From positions 1 through 42,669 of the forward strand of contig CAXXSM010000165.1 in NCBI GenBank assembly GCA_963663405.2: a stretch of DNA of 42,669 nt, written 5' to 3'. Numbering within the stretch: the stretch's first letter is position 1; the number at the start of each line of letters is the position of its first letter. The notes beneath the pieces were generated by a model. That model was not told the DNA's origin and made no database searches. It saw nothing but the letters and a program-made list of their open reading frames with translations. This DNA is from a bacterium. GTDB taxonomy: Bacteria > Hinthialibacterota > Hinthialibacteria > Hinthialibacterales > Hinthialibacteraceae. The position numbers and the translations under genes are program-made. This document shows, one piece after another, positions 28,324-39,000 of this stretch.

Positions 28324-28685
28324 ATTATTACTTTATTGTACTCTTTCTAAAAGGGAAAGCGCGGTAATGGGGAGTATGAGACTCCCGCCGGACCAAGTAA
28401 TATTGTATCGTTTCTTTGAAAAAACGTCAGGCGCGTCAGCTGGTATGCGTTTTTTTGTAAATGTGGGTATACTACTATTTAAGAATGATTCTAGAAAAAA
28501 AGTAAAACCTTCGTGCGCGGTCCGTTGTTACGCGAAGAATTTGCGGGTAGGATTAAATAGAGATCATTTTATCTATCGTCTTGACCGGGTGAGACGGGGG
28601 AGCCTTGCGCGTTCTATTCGTAGAATTAGAAGGCTTTATTCCTCCGGATCTCAGAATTTATTCATTGGAATTGAATCAATCTATT

Positions 28686-30029
28686 ATGTCGCCATTTTCA
28701 CGATCGTATAGAACAGAACATTTTATCACGATATCCTTGAGTCACCATACCGTGTCCCTGCGGGATTTGTCAGTCTATGTAATGAATTCGGAAGAGATGA
28801 GCGCGTTTGTCAAGCATCTTTCTTCATTGGAGCCGATTGATGAAGTGATGGGGATTTCTACGTGCAACCGTACGGAGATCTACGCTTCGGTTCATTCGGT
28901 CAAAGACGCGGCGCATGCGATTGTCCATGAGATCGCGGTCCGGTCGGGCGCTCTATTGGAAACGCTGCGGAAAGAACTGGACGTATTAGTCGATGCGGCG
29001 GCGGTCGAGCATCTGTTTCAAGTGGCGTCTGGATTGGATTCGATGGTTGTCGGCGACGCTCAGATTCTGGGGCAAATGAAGGAAGCCTATCAGCAAGCAA
29101 GTGACCTTGGAACCACAAGGGCGGTTTTACATAAGTTGGTTCAATCGGCGTTTTCAACGGCGAAACGTATCCGGAATGAGACGGATTTAGGGACAGGAAG
29201 AGTGTCAATCGGTTCACTCGCGGTGGATAGCGCGGAAGAATTTTTTGGGGATCTGCAGTCTGTTGTGGCGACCGTGATCGGCGCTGGAAAGATGGGGCGG
29301 TTAACCTCAAAATATCTCACGGCCGCGGGGGTGAAAGAACTGCGAATCATAAACCGGAGCGCTGATAAGAGTCTCGAATTGGCGAATGAATTCGGCGCAA
29401 AAGTGTATAGCATGGATGAGATTGACCGCGTGCTGATCGAATCGGATCTCGTGATCGCTGGAACCGCCGCGCCGGATCCGCTTCTGACCCGGGCCATGCT
29501 CGCAAGCGCCGCGCGGGTCGAACCCAAACAGCGGTTACTCATTGATATCGCCATTCCCCCGGATATTGAAACCGCCGCGGGGAATGTGGAAGGTGTGCGA
29601 TTGATCGATTTGGAAGAACTGCGCGTCCAAGCGGCGAAAAACTTGGAAACGCGCGCTCATGCAGTGGAACAGGCCAACGAAATACTGACGGAAGAATTGG
29701 AAGAATTAGGGCCGTGGCCGATTCCATTTCATATCAATACATTGGCGAATCAACTCGGGGAATACGCCAACCGAATCTTTCAGGAAGAATTGACGAGTCT
29801 TTTTGACGCTTTGCCGGAATTGACGCCTTCACAGCGGGAGATCATAAAGGCGAAAATGCAGCGCATGTCAGAGCGCATCGTTCTTCCTCCCCGGCGCAAT
29901 ATCCGGAAACATGGTTCTGTGCGCACGTGCCCAAACGCCGCGCAGTGCATCGCTGAATTGTTCCAGACCGAGTGCGGGGCGCGAACACCGCTCCTGGCGG
30001 AAACGCTGGATAACGATCCCAATGACTGA
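28686..30029 (+). CDS. hemA: Glutamyl-tRNA reductase
   Basis: STCNRTEIY, HLFQVASGLDSMVVGD.QILGQ, IGAGKMG, IDIAIP. Start uncertain; ATG 28686 chosen. Confidence 0.92.
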   Translation: MSPFSRSYRTEHFITISLSHHTVSLRDLSVYVMNSEEMSAFVKHLSSLEPIDEVMGISTCNRTEIYASVHSVKDAAHAIVHEIAVRSGALLETLRKELDVLVDAAAVEHLFQVASGLDSMVVGDAQILGQMKEAYQQASDLGTTRAVLHKLVQSAFSTAKRIRNETDLGTGRVSIGSLAVDSAEEFFGDLQSVVATVIGAGKMGRLTSKYLTAAGVKELRIINRSADKSLELANEFGAKVYSMDEIDRVLIESDLVIAGTAAPDPLLTRAMLASAARVEPKQRLLIDIAIPPDIETAAGNVEGVRLIDLEELRVQAAKNLETRAHAVEQANEILTEELEELGPWPIPFHINTLANQLGEYANRIFQEELTSLFDALPELTPSQREIIKAKMQRMSERIVLPPRRNIRKHGSVRTCPNAAQCIAELFQTECGARTPLLAETLDNDPND

Positions 30030-31110
30030 ACCAACCAACCGAAACACCGTTTCCCAAGAGACGATGACGAAGAAGGAGCGCTTTTTAGGCGCGATATCCG
30101 GCGTTCCACTTGACCGGCCGCCGATCTGGTTGATGCGCCAGGCGGGGCGGTATATTCCCGCCTATCAAAAAGTGAAAGAACGGTATACCTTTCAAGAGAT
30201 GTGCCGGATTCCCGATGTGGCGGCGGAGGTTTCGATTCAACCACTGAATCTTTTCAACATGGACGCCGTGATTGTTTTTAATGATATTCTAATCCCGTTC
30301 GAACAGATGGGGCTTGCAGTGGATTATACAGATAATGGGCCCGTCATTTCACCACCGGTCCGGAATGAACGGGACGCGGAACATGTCCATGTGGGCGTAT
30401 TTGATGAAACACCGCCCGTATTTGATTCGATCGGGCGAATCCGGCGTAGGGTGGGTGGATCGGTTCCGATTCTTGGATTCGCGGGCGCGCCTTTCACTAT
30501 GGCGGCGTATATGGTGGAAGGTTTGATGAGCAAGAATCTTCGTTATATTAAAGAATTGCTCTATTCACAGTCCGATCTTCTGCGCGAACTGCTGCATATC
30601 ATTACCGAAACCGTGATTGAATACTTACGGATACAAATCCAAGCGGGTGCGGACGTTGTTCAGATTTTTGATACCTGGGCGGGCGCTCTTTCCCAAGAAG
30701 ATTATCGGCGTTTCGCCGCTCCCTATCAAAGAATGATTATTGACGCCATTCAGAATGATGGCGCGCCAGTTATTTTATATGTAAAAGACTCGACTCCGTT
30801 TATCAAAGAGATGAAAGAGAGCGGCGCGTCCGTTCTCAGTGTCGATTGGCGCGTCGATTTGAGAAACGTGTATGAAATCGCGGGGGGCGAGGTGGCCTTG
30901 CAAGGAAACTTGGATCCAACAGTTCTCTTTTCGTCTCCAGAAGTTATTAGCGATTCGGCGTTGAGCGTTCTTAACAATTTTGGGCGTGATACTGGCCATA
31001 TTTTCAATTTGGGTCACGGCGTGCTGCCCGGAACGCCGGTTGAAAACGTCCAGGCGCTCATTGAAACGGTGCAATCCTATGAATACGTTCATATCTCCTC
31101 CCAGACCTGA
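30022..31110 (+). CDS. hemE: Uroporphyrinogen decarboxylase
   Basis: PIWLMRQAGRY, GFAGAPFT, QIFDTWAG, LQGNLDP, IFNLGHG. Confidence 0.95.
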   Translation: MTEPTNRNTVSQETMTKKERFLGAISGVPLDRPPIWLMRQAGRYIPAYQKVKERYTFQEMCRIPDVAAEVSIQPLNLFNMDAVIVFNDILIPFEQMGLAVDYTDNGPVISPPVRNERDAEHVHVGVFDETPPVFDSIGRIRRRVGGSVPILGFAGAPFTMAAYMVEGLMSKNLRYIKELLYSQSDLLRELLHIITETVIEYLRIQIQAGADVVQIFDTWAGALSQEDYRRFAAPYQRMIIDAIQNDGAPVILYVKDSTPFIKEMKESGASVLSVDWRVDLRNVYEIAGGEVALQGNLDPTVLFSSPEVISDSALSVLNNFGRDTGHIFNLGHGVLPGTPVENVQALIETVQSYEYVHISSQT

Positions 31111-32482
31111 AATCGATCGAAATTTAATTCCTAAATATACTGTGCGGGGTCCACGGTACACCAGCTATCCAACAGCGCCTGAATGGAAAGCGGATGTGGG
31201 ACCCACGGAATATTGGAAGCATATCCGCGAGACAAACGCAAGCGGCGCGGTGGCTCCTCTCTCTCTCTACGTTCATATTCCTTTCTGCGCGGAGCGGTGT
31301 TTTTACTGCGCTTGCAATGTCATCATTACGCAGCGGGGGGATGTGATTGAAGACTATGTAGATTATTTGATCCGCGAGATTGAATTGATCGCTAACGAGA
31401 TTGCGCCCGGCCGTTCCGTGGTTCAATTTCATTTAGGGGGGGGCACTCCGACGCAGCTGCCGCCTCGTCAGTTGGACCGCGTGCTTGCATGCGCTACGAA
31501 TCAGTTTTCATTCGCGGAGAATGCGGAGCGGTCGATTGAAGTGGATCTCCGGATAACCAACACCGAACATCTTCATGTTCTGCGCCGGTATGGATTCAAC
31601 CGTATTTCGACCGGAGTGCAGGATTTCAATGCGCAGACGCAGGAATTGATCCGGCGTAAGCAGAGTGTTGAGGAGACCGTCGATTTTGTGAACCAATGCC
31701 GGGAGATGGGCTTCGAGAGTGTTAATTTTGATCTTGTCTATGGGCTGCCTCTGCAAACCGCCCGGACGTTTGGTGAAACGATCGAGAAAATCTGCGTGAT
31801 CGATCCAGACCGCATCGCGTTGTATAACTACGCGCATCTTCCAAGTAAAATGCCGTTCCAGAAACGGATCGATGAATCGACGCTGCCCAGCGCGGATGAA
31901 CGGCTTTCGATCTTTCAAGGCGCGATTGAGCGTTTTACGGATAAAGGGTATGTCTACATCGGGATGGATCACTTCGCGAAGCCGGACGATGAACTTACCC
32001 TCGCGCAGCGTGAGGGAACGCTGCAGCGTAATTTTATGGGATTTACGACACGGGCCGGGGCGGATTTATACGCGTTCGGCGTTTCTTCCATCAGCGCTCT
32101 CCCCGCATTGTACGCGCAAAATACGAAAAATTTGAAACGCTATAAAGACGCTATCGACGCGGGCGTCCCACCGGTTGAGCGGGGGATGGAACTGAGCCGG
32201 GACGATCGAATCCGCCGGTGGGTGATTATGGAATTGATGTGTAACCTGCGGATTTCGTTGGAGCGGTTTCAGGCGATTTGGAACGAGGATTTCCGCCGCT
32301 ATTTTGAGAAGGAATTATCTCAGTTGCAGCCATTTATCGATGATGAGCTGATTGAGCCGGATCTAGAGCGGGAGATTCGCGTGACGGGGATCGGGCAGAT
32401 TGTGATTCGCCCAATCGCGATGGTGTTTGATAAGTATCTTCAGCGGGGGGGGAAGCCGGTGGTGTTTTCACGGACGTTGTAA
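31079..32482 (+). CDS. hemN: Oxygen-independent coproporphyrinogen III oxidase (radical SAM)
   Basis: GPRYTSYPTA, YVHIPFC..RCFYCAC, GMDHFA, LQRNFMG. Confidence 0.95.
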   Translation: MNTFISPPRPEIDRNLIPKYTVRGPRYTSYPTAPEWKADVGPTEYWKHIRETNASGAVAPLSLYVHIPFCAERCFYCACNVIITQRGDVIEDYVDYLIREIELIANEIAPGRSVVQFHLGGGTPTQLPPRQLDRVLACATNQFSFAENAERSIEVDLRITNTEHLHVLRRYGFNRISTGVQDFNAQTQELIRRKQSVEETVDFVNQCREMGFESVNFDLVYGLPLQTARTFGETIEKICVIDPDRIALYNYAHLPSKMPFQKRIDESTLPSADERLSIFQGAIERFTDKGYVYIGMDHFAKPDDELTLAQREGTLQRNFMGFTTRAGADLYAFGVSSISALPALYAQNTKNLKRYKDAIDAGVPPVERGMELSRDDRIRRWVIMELMCNLRISLERFQAIWNEDFRRYFEKELSQLQPFIDDELIEPDLEREIRVTGIGQIVIRPIAMVFDKYLQRGGKPVVFSRTL

Positions 32483-32549
32483 TCTTTTCGTCAGAATTTG
32501 GATGGGCTGGATTGAAGGATATTCATAGAAGGTTTGAGAAGGTTATCAA

Positions 32550-33953
32550 ATGGCTAAAGTGATTGTTATTGGGGCGGGGATTTCTGGATTGTCCACCGCG
32601 TATTGGATACAAAAAGCCGGGCATGATGTGGTTTTGTTGGAGAAAGAATCGAGGGCGGGTGGATCGATTGATACACTTCAGGAGGAGGGGTATCTTTTCG
32701 AAAAAGGGCCGAACTCATTTCTTGATAATGTGCAGGAAACGTTGGATCTATGCTTGGATTTAGGGTTGGAGAATGAATTGCTGACGCGCGTGATGCGAGG
32801 CGCGAAGCGGTATCTCTTTTTGAATGGGCGTCTGCAGGAAGCGCCATCCGGGCCGGGGGCGTTGTATAAAACGGAACTTCTTTCCGCGCGTTCAAAACGC
32901 CGCTTACTGACAGAGGTTTTCCGGGGGGGGAACCGCTCTCCAGAAGATGAGAGCCTGGCGTCGTTTATCCGCCGCCGGTTTGGGGATGAAATGCTTCACA
33001 ACATGGTCACGCCGTTCGTGTCGGGTGTGTATGCGGGAGATCCGGAAAAACTGAGCCTGCGGGCGACGTTTCCGATGCTTTACGATCTGGAACGAGAATC
33101 CGGCAGTTTGGTTCGAGGAATGATCCGGCGTGGTTTGAGCCGGAAAAAGAAGAGCGATCAGCCGAAAAAAAGGCGGACGAAGAACCTTTGTTCATTTGTC
33201 GATGGAATGTCGGCGCTGGTCCGAGCTCTCACGGGTGAATTGAAAGAGGCGCTTCATCTTGGTGTGAATGTGAATCCGATCGAGAAACGTTCCGGGGGTG
33301 GATTTTCGGTTTCAGCGGAAGGGATGGATGCGGGACAAACTGCTGACGCGGTTGTGTTAGCGGCTCCTTCGCATGTGGTCCCTGCGATCGCAGGCTCGTT
33401 ATTGGCTGAGACATCGGAGTATCTTCAATCGATTCCGTACAATCGGTTGAACGTGGTTGGGATTGGTTACCAGCGTGAGGATATTGAATCAGATTGCGAT
33501 GGATTTGGATTTCTTGTTCCACGGGATCAAGAGATTCGGATTTTAGGATCGATTTGGAGTTCGAGTTTATTTGCGCGGCGGGCTCCGGGGGGGATGCGTT
33601 GTTTTACAGTTTTCGTTGGCGGCGCTCTTGATCCCAATGCCATTTTGCTGAGCGATGAGGAACTGCTCGAACTCGTCCAAAACGATTTAAATGTATCGAT
33701 GGGAATCAAAGGAAAACCGGTGATTCAACGAATCTTCCGTTGGGAAAAAGCGATCCCGCAGTATCCAGTCGGCCATGTTGAGAATATTGAACGAGTGAAT
33801 CAAGAACGGGAACGGACGCCGGGATTTTTCTTAACCGGTAATTATCTGGATGGCGTATCCGTCAACGACTGTATCCGAAACGCAAAGCAGACCGCGAAAT
33901 CGGTTTGTGAATACTTGAATATTACTATGGCGGCGAGAGGAACCGGATCGTGA
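32550..33953 (+). CDS. hemY: FAD-dependent protoporphyrinogen/coproporphyrinogen oxidase (HemY type)
   Basis: IGAGISGL, FEKGPNSF, PFVSGVYAGDP, GFGFLVP, AIPQY, GNYLDGVSV.DCI. Confidence 0.92.
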   Translation: MAKVIVIGAGISGLSTAYWIQKAGHDVVLLEKESRAGGSIDTLQEEGYLFEKGPNSFLDNVQETLDLCLDLGLENELLTRVMRGAKRYLFLNGRLQEAPSGPGALYKTELLSARSKRRLLTEVFRGGNRSPEDESLASFIRRRFGDEMLHNMVTPFVSGVYAGDPEKLSLRATFPMLYDLERESGSLVRGMIRRGLSRKKKSDQPKKRRTKNLCSFVDGMSALVRALTGELKEALHLGVNVNPIEKRSGGGFSVSAEGMDAGQTADAVVLAAPSHVVPAIAGSLLAETSEYLQSIPYNRLNVVGIGYQREDIESDCDGFGFLVPRDQEIRILGSIWSSSLFARRAPGGMRCFTVFVGGALDPNAILLSDEELLELVQNDLNVSMGIKGKPVIQRIFRWEKAIPQYPVGHVENIERVNQERERTPGFFLTGNYLDGVSVNDCIRNAKQTAKSVCEYLNITMAARGTGS

Positions 33954-34946
33954 ACGCCGATGTGATCCTCATCGCGTATGGAGAGCCTCCTGAACCAACG
34001 TTCTTCGATCAGTGGAAATACTCCAGCCATATCCTCCGAAAACTAACCCGTCTTGTCGCTCCGATTCCGAAATTCGTAATTCCATTGATTGGCGCCTGGC
34101 GGGGGTATACGCGGGTCAAGCATTGGAAACAATATCACTATTCTTCCCCTTTGGAAACAATAACAAAATCCCAAGCGGCGAAGGTGTGGGACCGGTTGAA
34201 GGAACTGGCTCCTGCTGTGGATTGGCGCGTACATACCGCGTTTGAGTTTCGGGCGCCGTCTCTTTTGAGTGTCTTGGACAGAATCCCTGCGTTTGAGTGT
34301 GACCGGGTGATTCTTATTCCTATGTATGTGGCGCGCTCGGATTTTACGACAGAATTTTCTGTAAACGAATTCGATCAATTTATAAAACGAACGGAGAAAA
34401 CCTTTTCTCCTGTTGATTTCGTTCTGTTCGGCTCTCATTTAGAAGATCTTGCGAAGGTCATGGCGCGGCATATTCACGCGGAAGCGGAACGTCTCGATTT
34501 ATCACCACAGGACCCGAAAGAATCCGCGCTTCTGTTGGGATGTCATGGCACATTGACGCGCCCACCGAAGGGAATTAAGGAGACAGGATATCGCGAAACG
34601 TTTGGTCTCTATCAGGCGTTGGAACGGGAGTTGGCGTCTGCGTTTCAAGTGATCCGGATTGGATGGCTTAATCATAGGCTGGGCGGAGAATGGACGTCGC
34701 CTACATTGGCGGATTCGATACAAGAAATCAAAACAATGGGTGTGGAACGTATTCTCTATTACCCCTTCGGTTTTTTTAGCGGACAATGCGGAGACGCAAT
34801 TGGAGGGTCGGATCGCGATGGAGAAGGCGGGGATTTCCTCCTATTACCATTTGCCTTGTTTGAATGAGGATTCTGAGTTTATTGATTTACTAGCGAATTT
34901 GATTCTGCAATGCGGGGGAGAAAATGAATACCAATCCAGTCTATAA
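33950..34946 (+). CDS. hemH: Ferrochelatase (divergent), with a frameshift at the T-run near 34771-34777
   Basis: LIAYGEP, SPLETITKSQA, LIPMY, HG, W..P. The second frame continues FLADNAET..PCLN..FIDLL to the stop at 34946. Confidence 0.75.
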
Positions 34947-35857
34947 ACTCGGTACACGAGGCAGCCCTCTGGCGCTTTGGCAGGCGGAACGTGTGAAACG
35001 GCTTCTTTATGAGGCGTGTCAAGATGTAAGAATCAAGATTGTTAAAATTCAGACGACAGGCGATAGGATTCTTGACAAGCCGCTGGTTCAAGTCGGAGAC
35101 AAAGGGATTTTTACGAAAGAGATCGAAATCGCTCTGCTTGATGAAGAGATCGATTTTGCTGTACATAGTTTTAAAGACCTGCCCACTCAGCAGCCGGATG
35201 GATTGACGATTGTCTCGATTCCTGAGCGGGGAAGCGCCTTTTGACGCGCTCTTTTCGCGCAGCGCATCTACGTTGAAGGATCTGCCGGAGAGTCCGGTGA
35301 TCGCGACAGGCAGTTTACGGAGGAAAGCCCAGGTTCTCGCGGCGCGTCCGGACGCCACCATTGTGGATTTGCGGGGAAACGTTAACACCCGGCTTCGAAA
35401 GTATGAAGAATCGGATTGGGACGGCATGCTGATGGCGCTGGCAGGAGTCCGGCGTATGGAGTGGGAGGACAAGATCGCGGGTGTGTTGTCTTTGGAAGAG
35501 ATGCTGCCCGCGCCGGCGCAGGGCGCGCTCGCTATTGAAGCGCGGGTGGACGATGAAGAGACCCATGAACTGGTTGAATCGATCATCGATCCGGTGACGG
35601 CTCAAACCGTCTTAGCGGAACGCGCGTTTCTAACCCGGTTGGAAGGTGGATGTCAAGTTCCGATGGCGGCTTACGCTGTTATGGAAGATGATTCCATTAT
35701 TCTTCAGGGATTGATCGCGTCTCTCGATGGAACGCGTCTGATTCGTCAAACCGTTCAAGGAGCGGTTCATGATCCAGTTGAACTCGGTATTCAATTGGCG
35801 AAACTTGTTTTGGATAATGGGGGGAGCGATATAATTTCAGAACTCACAACCTCATGA
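34924..35857 (+). CDS. hemC: Hydroxymethylbilane synthase, with a frameshift at the G-run near 35228-35231
   Basis: GTRGSPLALWQA, KGIFTKEIE, AVHSFKDLP in the first frame; TGSLRR, RGNVNTRL, PAPAQGAL, LEGGCQVP in the second. Confidence 0.92.
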
Positions 35858-36087
35858 TATAAAGAAACTTAATGTAATTGAAATTAAATTATACTTGACT
35901 TCATCTTCGCTTTCGATGACAATTACAATTGGGCTATTGCGCTTATAAGACGTTATAGCAAAAAAAAACTTTGCTAGATGAAACTCATGTGTATCTTCTG
36001 GATAGATAAATATTAGATCTTAAAGATATATAGTTGAGTTTTTTTTCTATTTACTGTTACGTTTTCTATGTTTTCAGGAGCGAGGCG

Positions 36088-39000
36088 ATGATTGATTTCA
36101 AGCGAGTACCCAGCCAGGATTGTATTTCCCCTTTTCTTCCCATCGGACGATTGATTGTATCGATTCTAACCTGCCTATTTCTGTGTTTCCAAACCACCGC
36201 TTGGTCACATCTTGGTGTGGATACGCAAAGCGGGTATCAATCGGGAACGGCGGTGGTTCTTCAGCAACAGTGTGAGCGAATTCATTCTGGAAAGAAGCCG
36301 GGTGTTCATAATCCACTGATTCCTGAAGAATTTTTTGATCGAAATAGAGGAAATCAGATGGAGAACGCTTACCGGTGGCCATCTTTTTACTTCCGTGTCT
36401 CCAGCGACAGGACAGACAGTGATGGAGACGGGTTGCGGGAATGCCGTTTCCACTTGGATTTTTCGGCCTTTGCGGATGGCGGATATACCGAGGGGGAAAT
36501 CACGGATTTTGAAGCGGCGCTGCGGCGTTGTGTGGCGATGTGGAATTCAGCTCTTTCTCATGTTGGGTTGGAATTTTTAGAGGTGAATGACGGCAGTCAT
36601 CATATCCTATTTGAAGCGGCGTCTTTCAACGGGGATTCATCCATCCTGAGTCAAGCGACATTGTTTGGCGCTTGGAGCGAAGAATCACCCGTCTTTCAGA
36701 TTAACAGCAATTACACGAATTTTGGCGCGTATTTTGACTTGTTTAACAATGACGCCCCAGCCGCCGTTCACAAACGCCGCAAGGGAATCCCTATGTTTAC
36801 ATTTTCCCAGAGGAAACTTTTGGAGACGGATTCCGATCAGCCATGTGTTCCACCGGGAGATCGGTCATCTAGTCGGATTGATAGAACCGTGGCTCGCTTA
36901 TGTTCACTCGAAGGATGGAGAACTGGACGAGTATCTGATTGATTGGCTTTCCGCGCCAACGATTGGGGGATTGCCTCCTCGAATCCGTTCGTTTGCATAT
37001 GGGGGAGAAAATCTCTTTACGGCGGGATGGAGCCGGGGATATATCAATTCATTCATGACTGATGACGCGCCCCGCAATGTTCTCTATCCGGAGCTCCCGC
37101 CTCCCATCCAAGCGTTCATCGCCCATTATTACGCCCGTTATGATTATCAAGGAGCGCAAACGCTGTTGAACCAGGCGATTGACGCGCATACCAACGCGTC
37201 TTGGCTAGCGCAAGGGCGGGCCATTCAAGAGATCGAACCGAATGACACACGTTCGGTGAGCGCGAATCTTCAGATCAATCTACCGATTCTAGGCGCGTTG
37301 TCTTCTGTGAGCGCGTCATCTGAAGATATGCGGGAAACCGCCACGGATCTGCAGGATTGGTACCGGTTTGAAATCGTCAACGCTGATTTAGGCCGGGAAC
37401 TGACCTGTTCAGTCAGTACAGGAACCACCATTGGCGTGGAGGCGCAGATTGAGATACGGGATTCACAGAATGGGCTTCTTGCAACGAGTGAGAATGTGGA
37501 ATTTCCTGAAGTGCAGTTCGATCACCAACGGGCGGGAGTGTATTACACTGTAGTGAAGAGCGCGTCATCGGCGTCGCGTGATTATCTTCTTTCTCTCTTC
37601 TTTTCTGATGGGGAGGATGCTCATCAGCCTACGTTTACACCTACCCCGACCGCTTCGATAACTCCAACACAGACGCCGGTCCCGATTCCGGCTTTGAGGA
37701 TTCGAACAATGGACGGATCTATGGTTTGGGCACACTTGAAGCGGTGGCGTATTCACCCGATGGAGACTTGATTGCGACCGGCGGCAGTTTAGGCGTGTTT
37801 TTATGGAATGTAGAGACGGGTCAATTGATTCGCGTACTGGCCGGTCACAGCGCGAAAGTCTCTTCTCTCGCTTTCTCACCTAATGGAGAGGAATTACTCA
37901 CAGGCAGTTATGATGGCACGGCGAAATTGTGGAATGTTGAAGACGGCTTAGAGATACAAACATATACAGATCATTCGGACGCAATTTTGTCTGTCGCTTT
38001 TTCTGCGGATGGAACCTGGATTCTGACGGGGGGAAAAGACAAGACCGCAAAACAATGGGATAAAGAATCGGGAACTATCACGCGCACGTTCAGCGATCAC
38101 AGCGATTGGATCTATTCCGTGGCGATTTCTCCGGATGGTACGCAGATTTTAACAGGGAGCCGAGACAATACAACAAAACTATGGAATGTGGAAACCGGTT
38201 CGGTTATCCGGACCTTTGGCGGGCACAGCAGTTCTGTGCGCGCCGTGGCGTTTTCTCCGGATGGAGAGACGATCCTGACGGGAAGTTCCGACACAACGAC
38301 AATTTTATGGAATTCAACGACAGGGGCGCAGATCCGAACCTACGTGAGCGGTTCGGTTGAATCCGCTGTTTTTTCGGGTGATGGGACGAAAATTCTCGTT
38401 GGGGGATCGGGAAACGCCCGGTTGTGGGACGCGTCTTCGGACACATTGCTTGCGACGTTTAATGAGAACAGCGCGCGAGTGCGGTCGTCGCATTCTCGCC
38501 GGATGGAACAAAAGCGGTTACGGGAAGCGTTCCGAACAATGTGACGCTGTGGAATTTAGAGACGTATGAAAAGATCCGGGAATTCAGCGGGCATACCGGC
38601 GCCGTGTATTCCGTTGATTATTCGCCGGATGGAACTCAGTTCATCACGGGGAGTGAAGACCGGATTGTCCGGTTGTGGGATGTTGAATCCGGGCAGGTTC
38701 TCCGGATTTTGCAGGCCCATACCCGCAGTGTGAATGACGCTTTGTTCTCCGAAGATGGGAAATTTATTGTCACGGCGAGTGATGATAACACCGGCGCTCT
38801 TTGGGACGTTTCGGCGAGTGGAGCACTGTATGTGTTCGAAGGGCATACAGATCGAGTCTATTCCGCCGCGATCTCAATTCAAACCAACCGGGCGCTGACT
38901 GGAGGAGCGGATGGCTCCGCGAGAATTTGGAATATCGAAACAGGTGAGCTGGTTCGAATCCTGACCGGTCATGACGGACCGATTCATTCCGTTGCGCTTT

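Noticed and set aside
1045-35586. Long antisense or alternate-frame ORFs (e.g. 1377-2177, 16942-17817, 19259-19942, 34879-35586)
   Set aside because: They shadow well-supported genes and carry no motifs.
33950-35857. hemH and hemC as pseudogenes or programmed frameshifts
   Set aside because: Both have single indels in homopolymers with intact motifs, inside an indel-rich zone. Sequencing error is more parsimonious.
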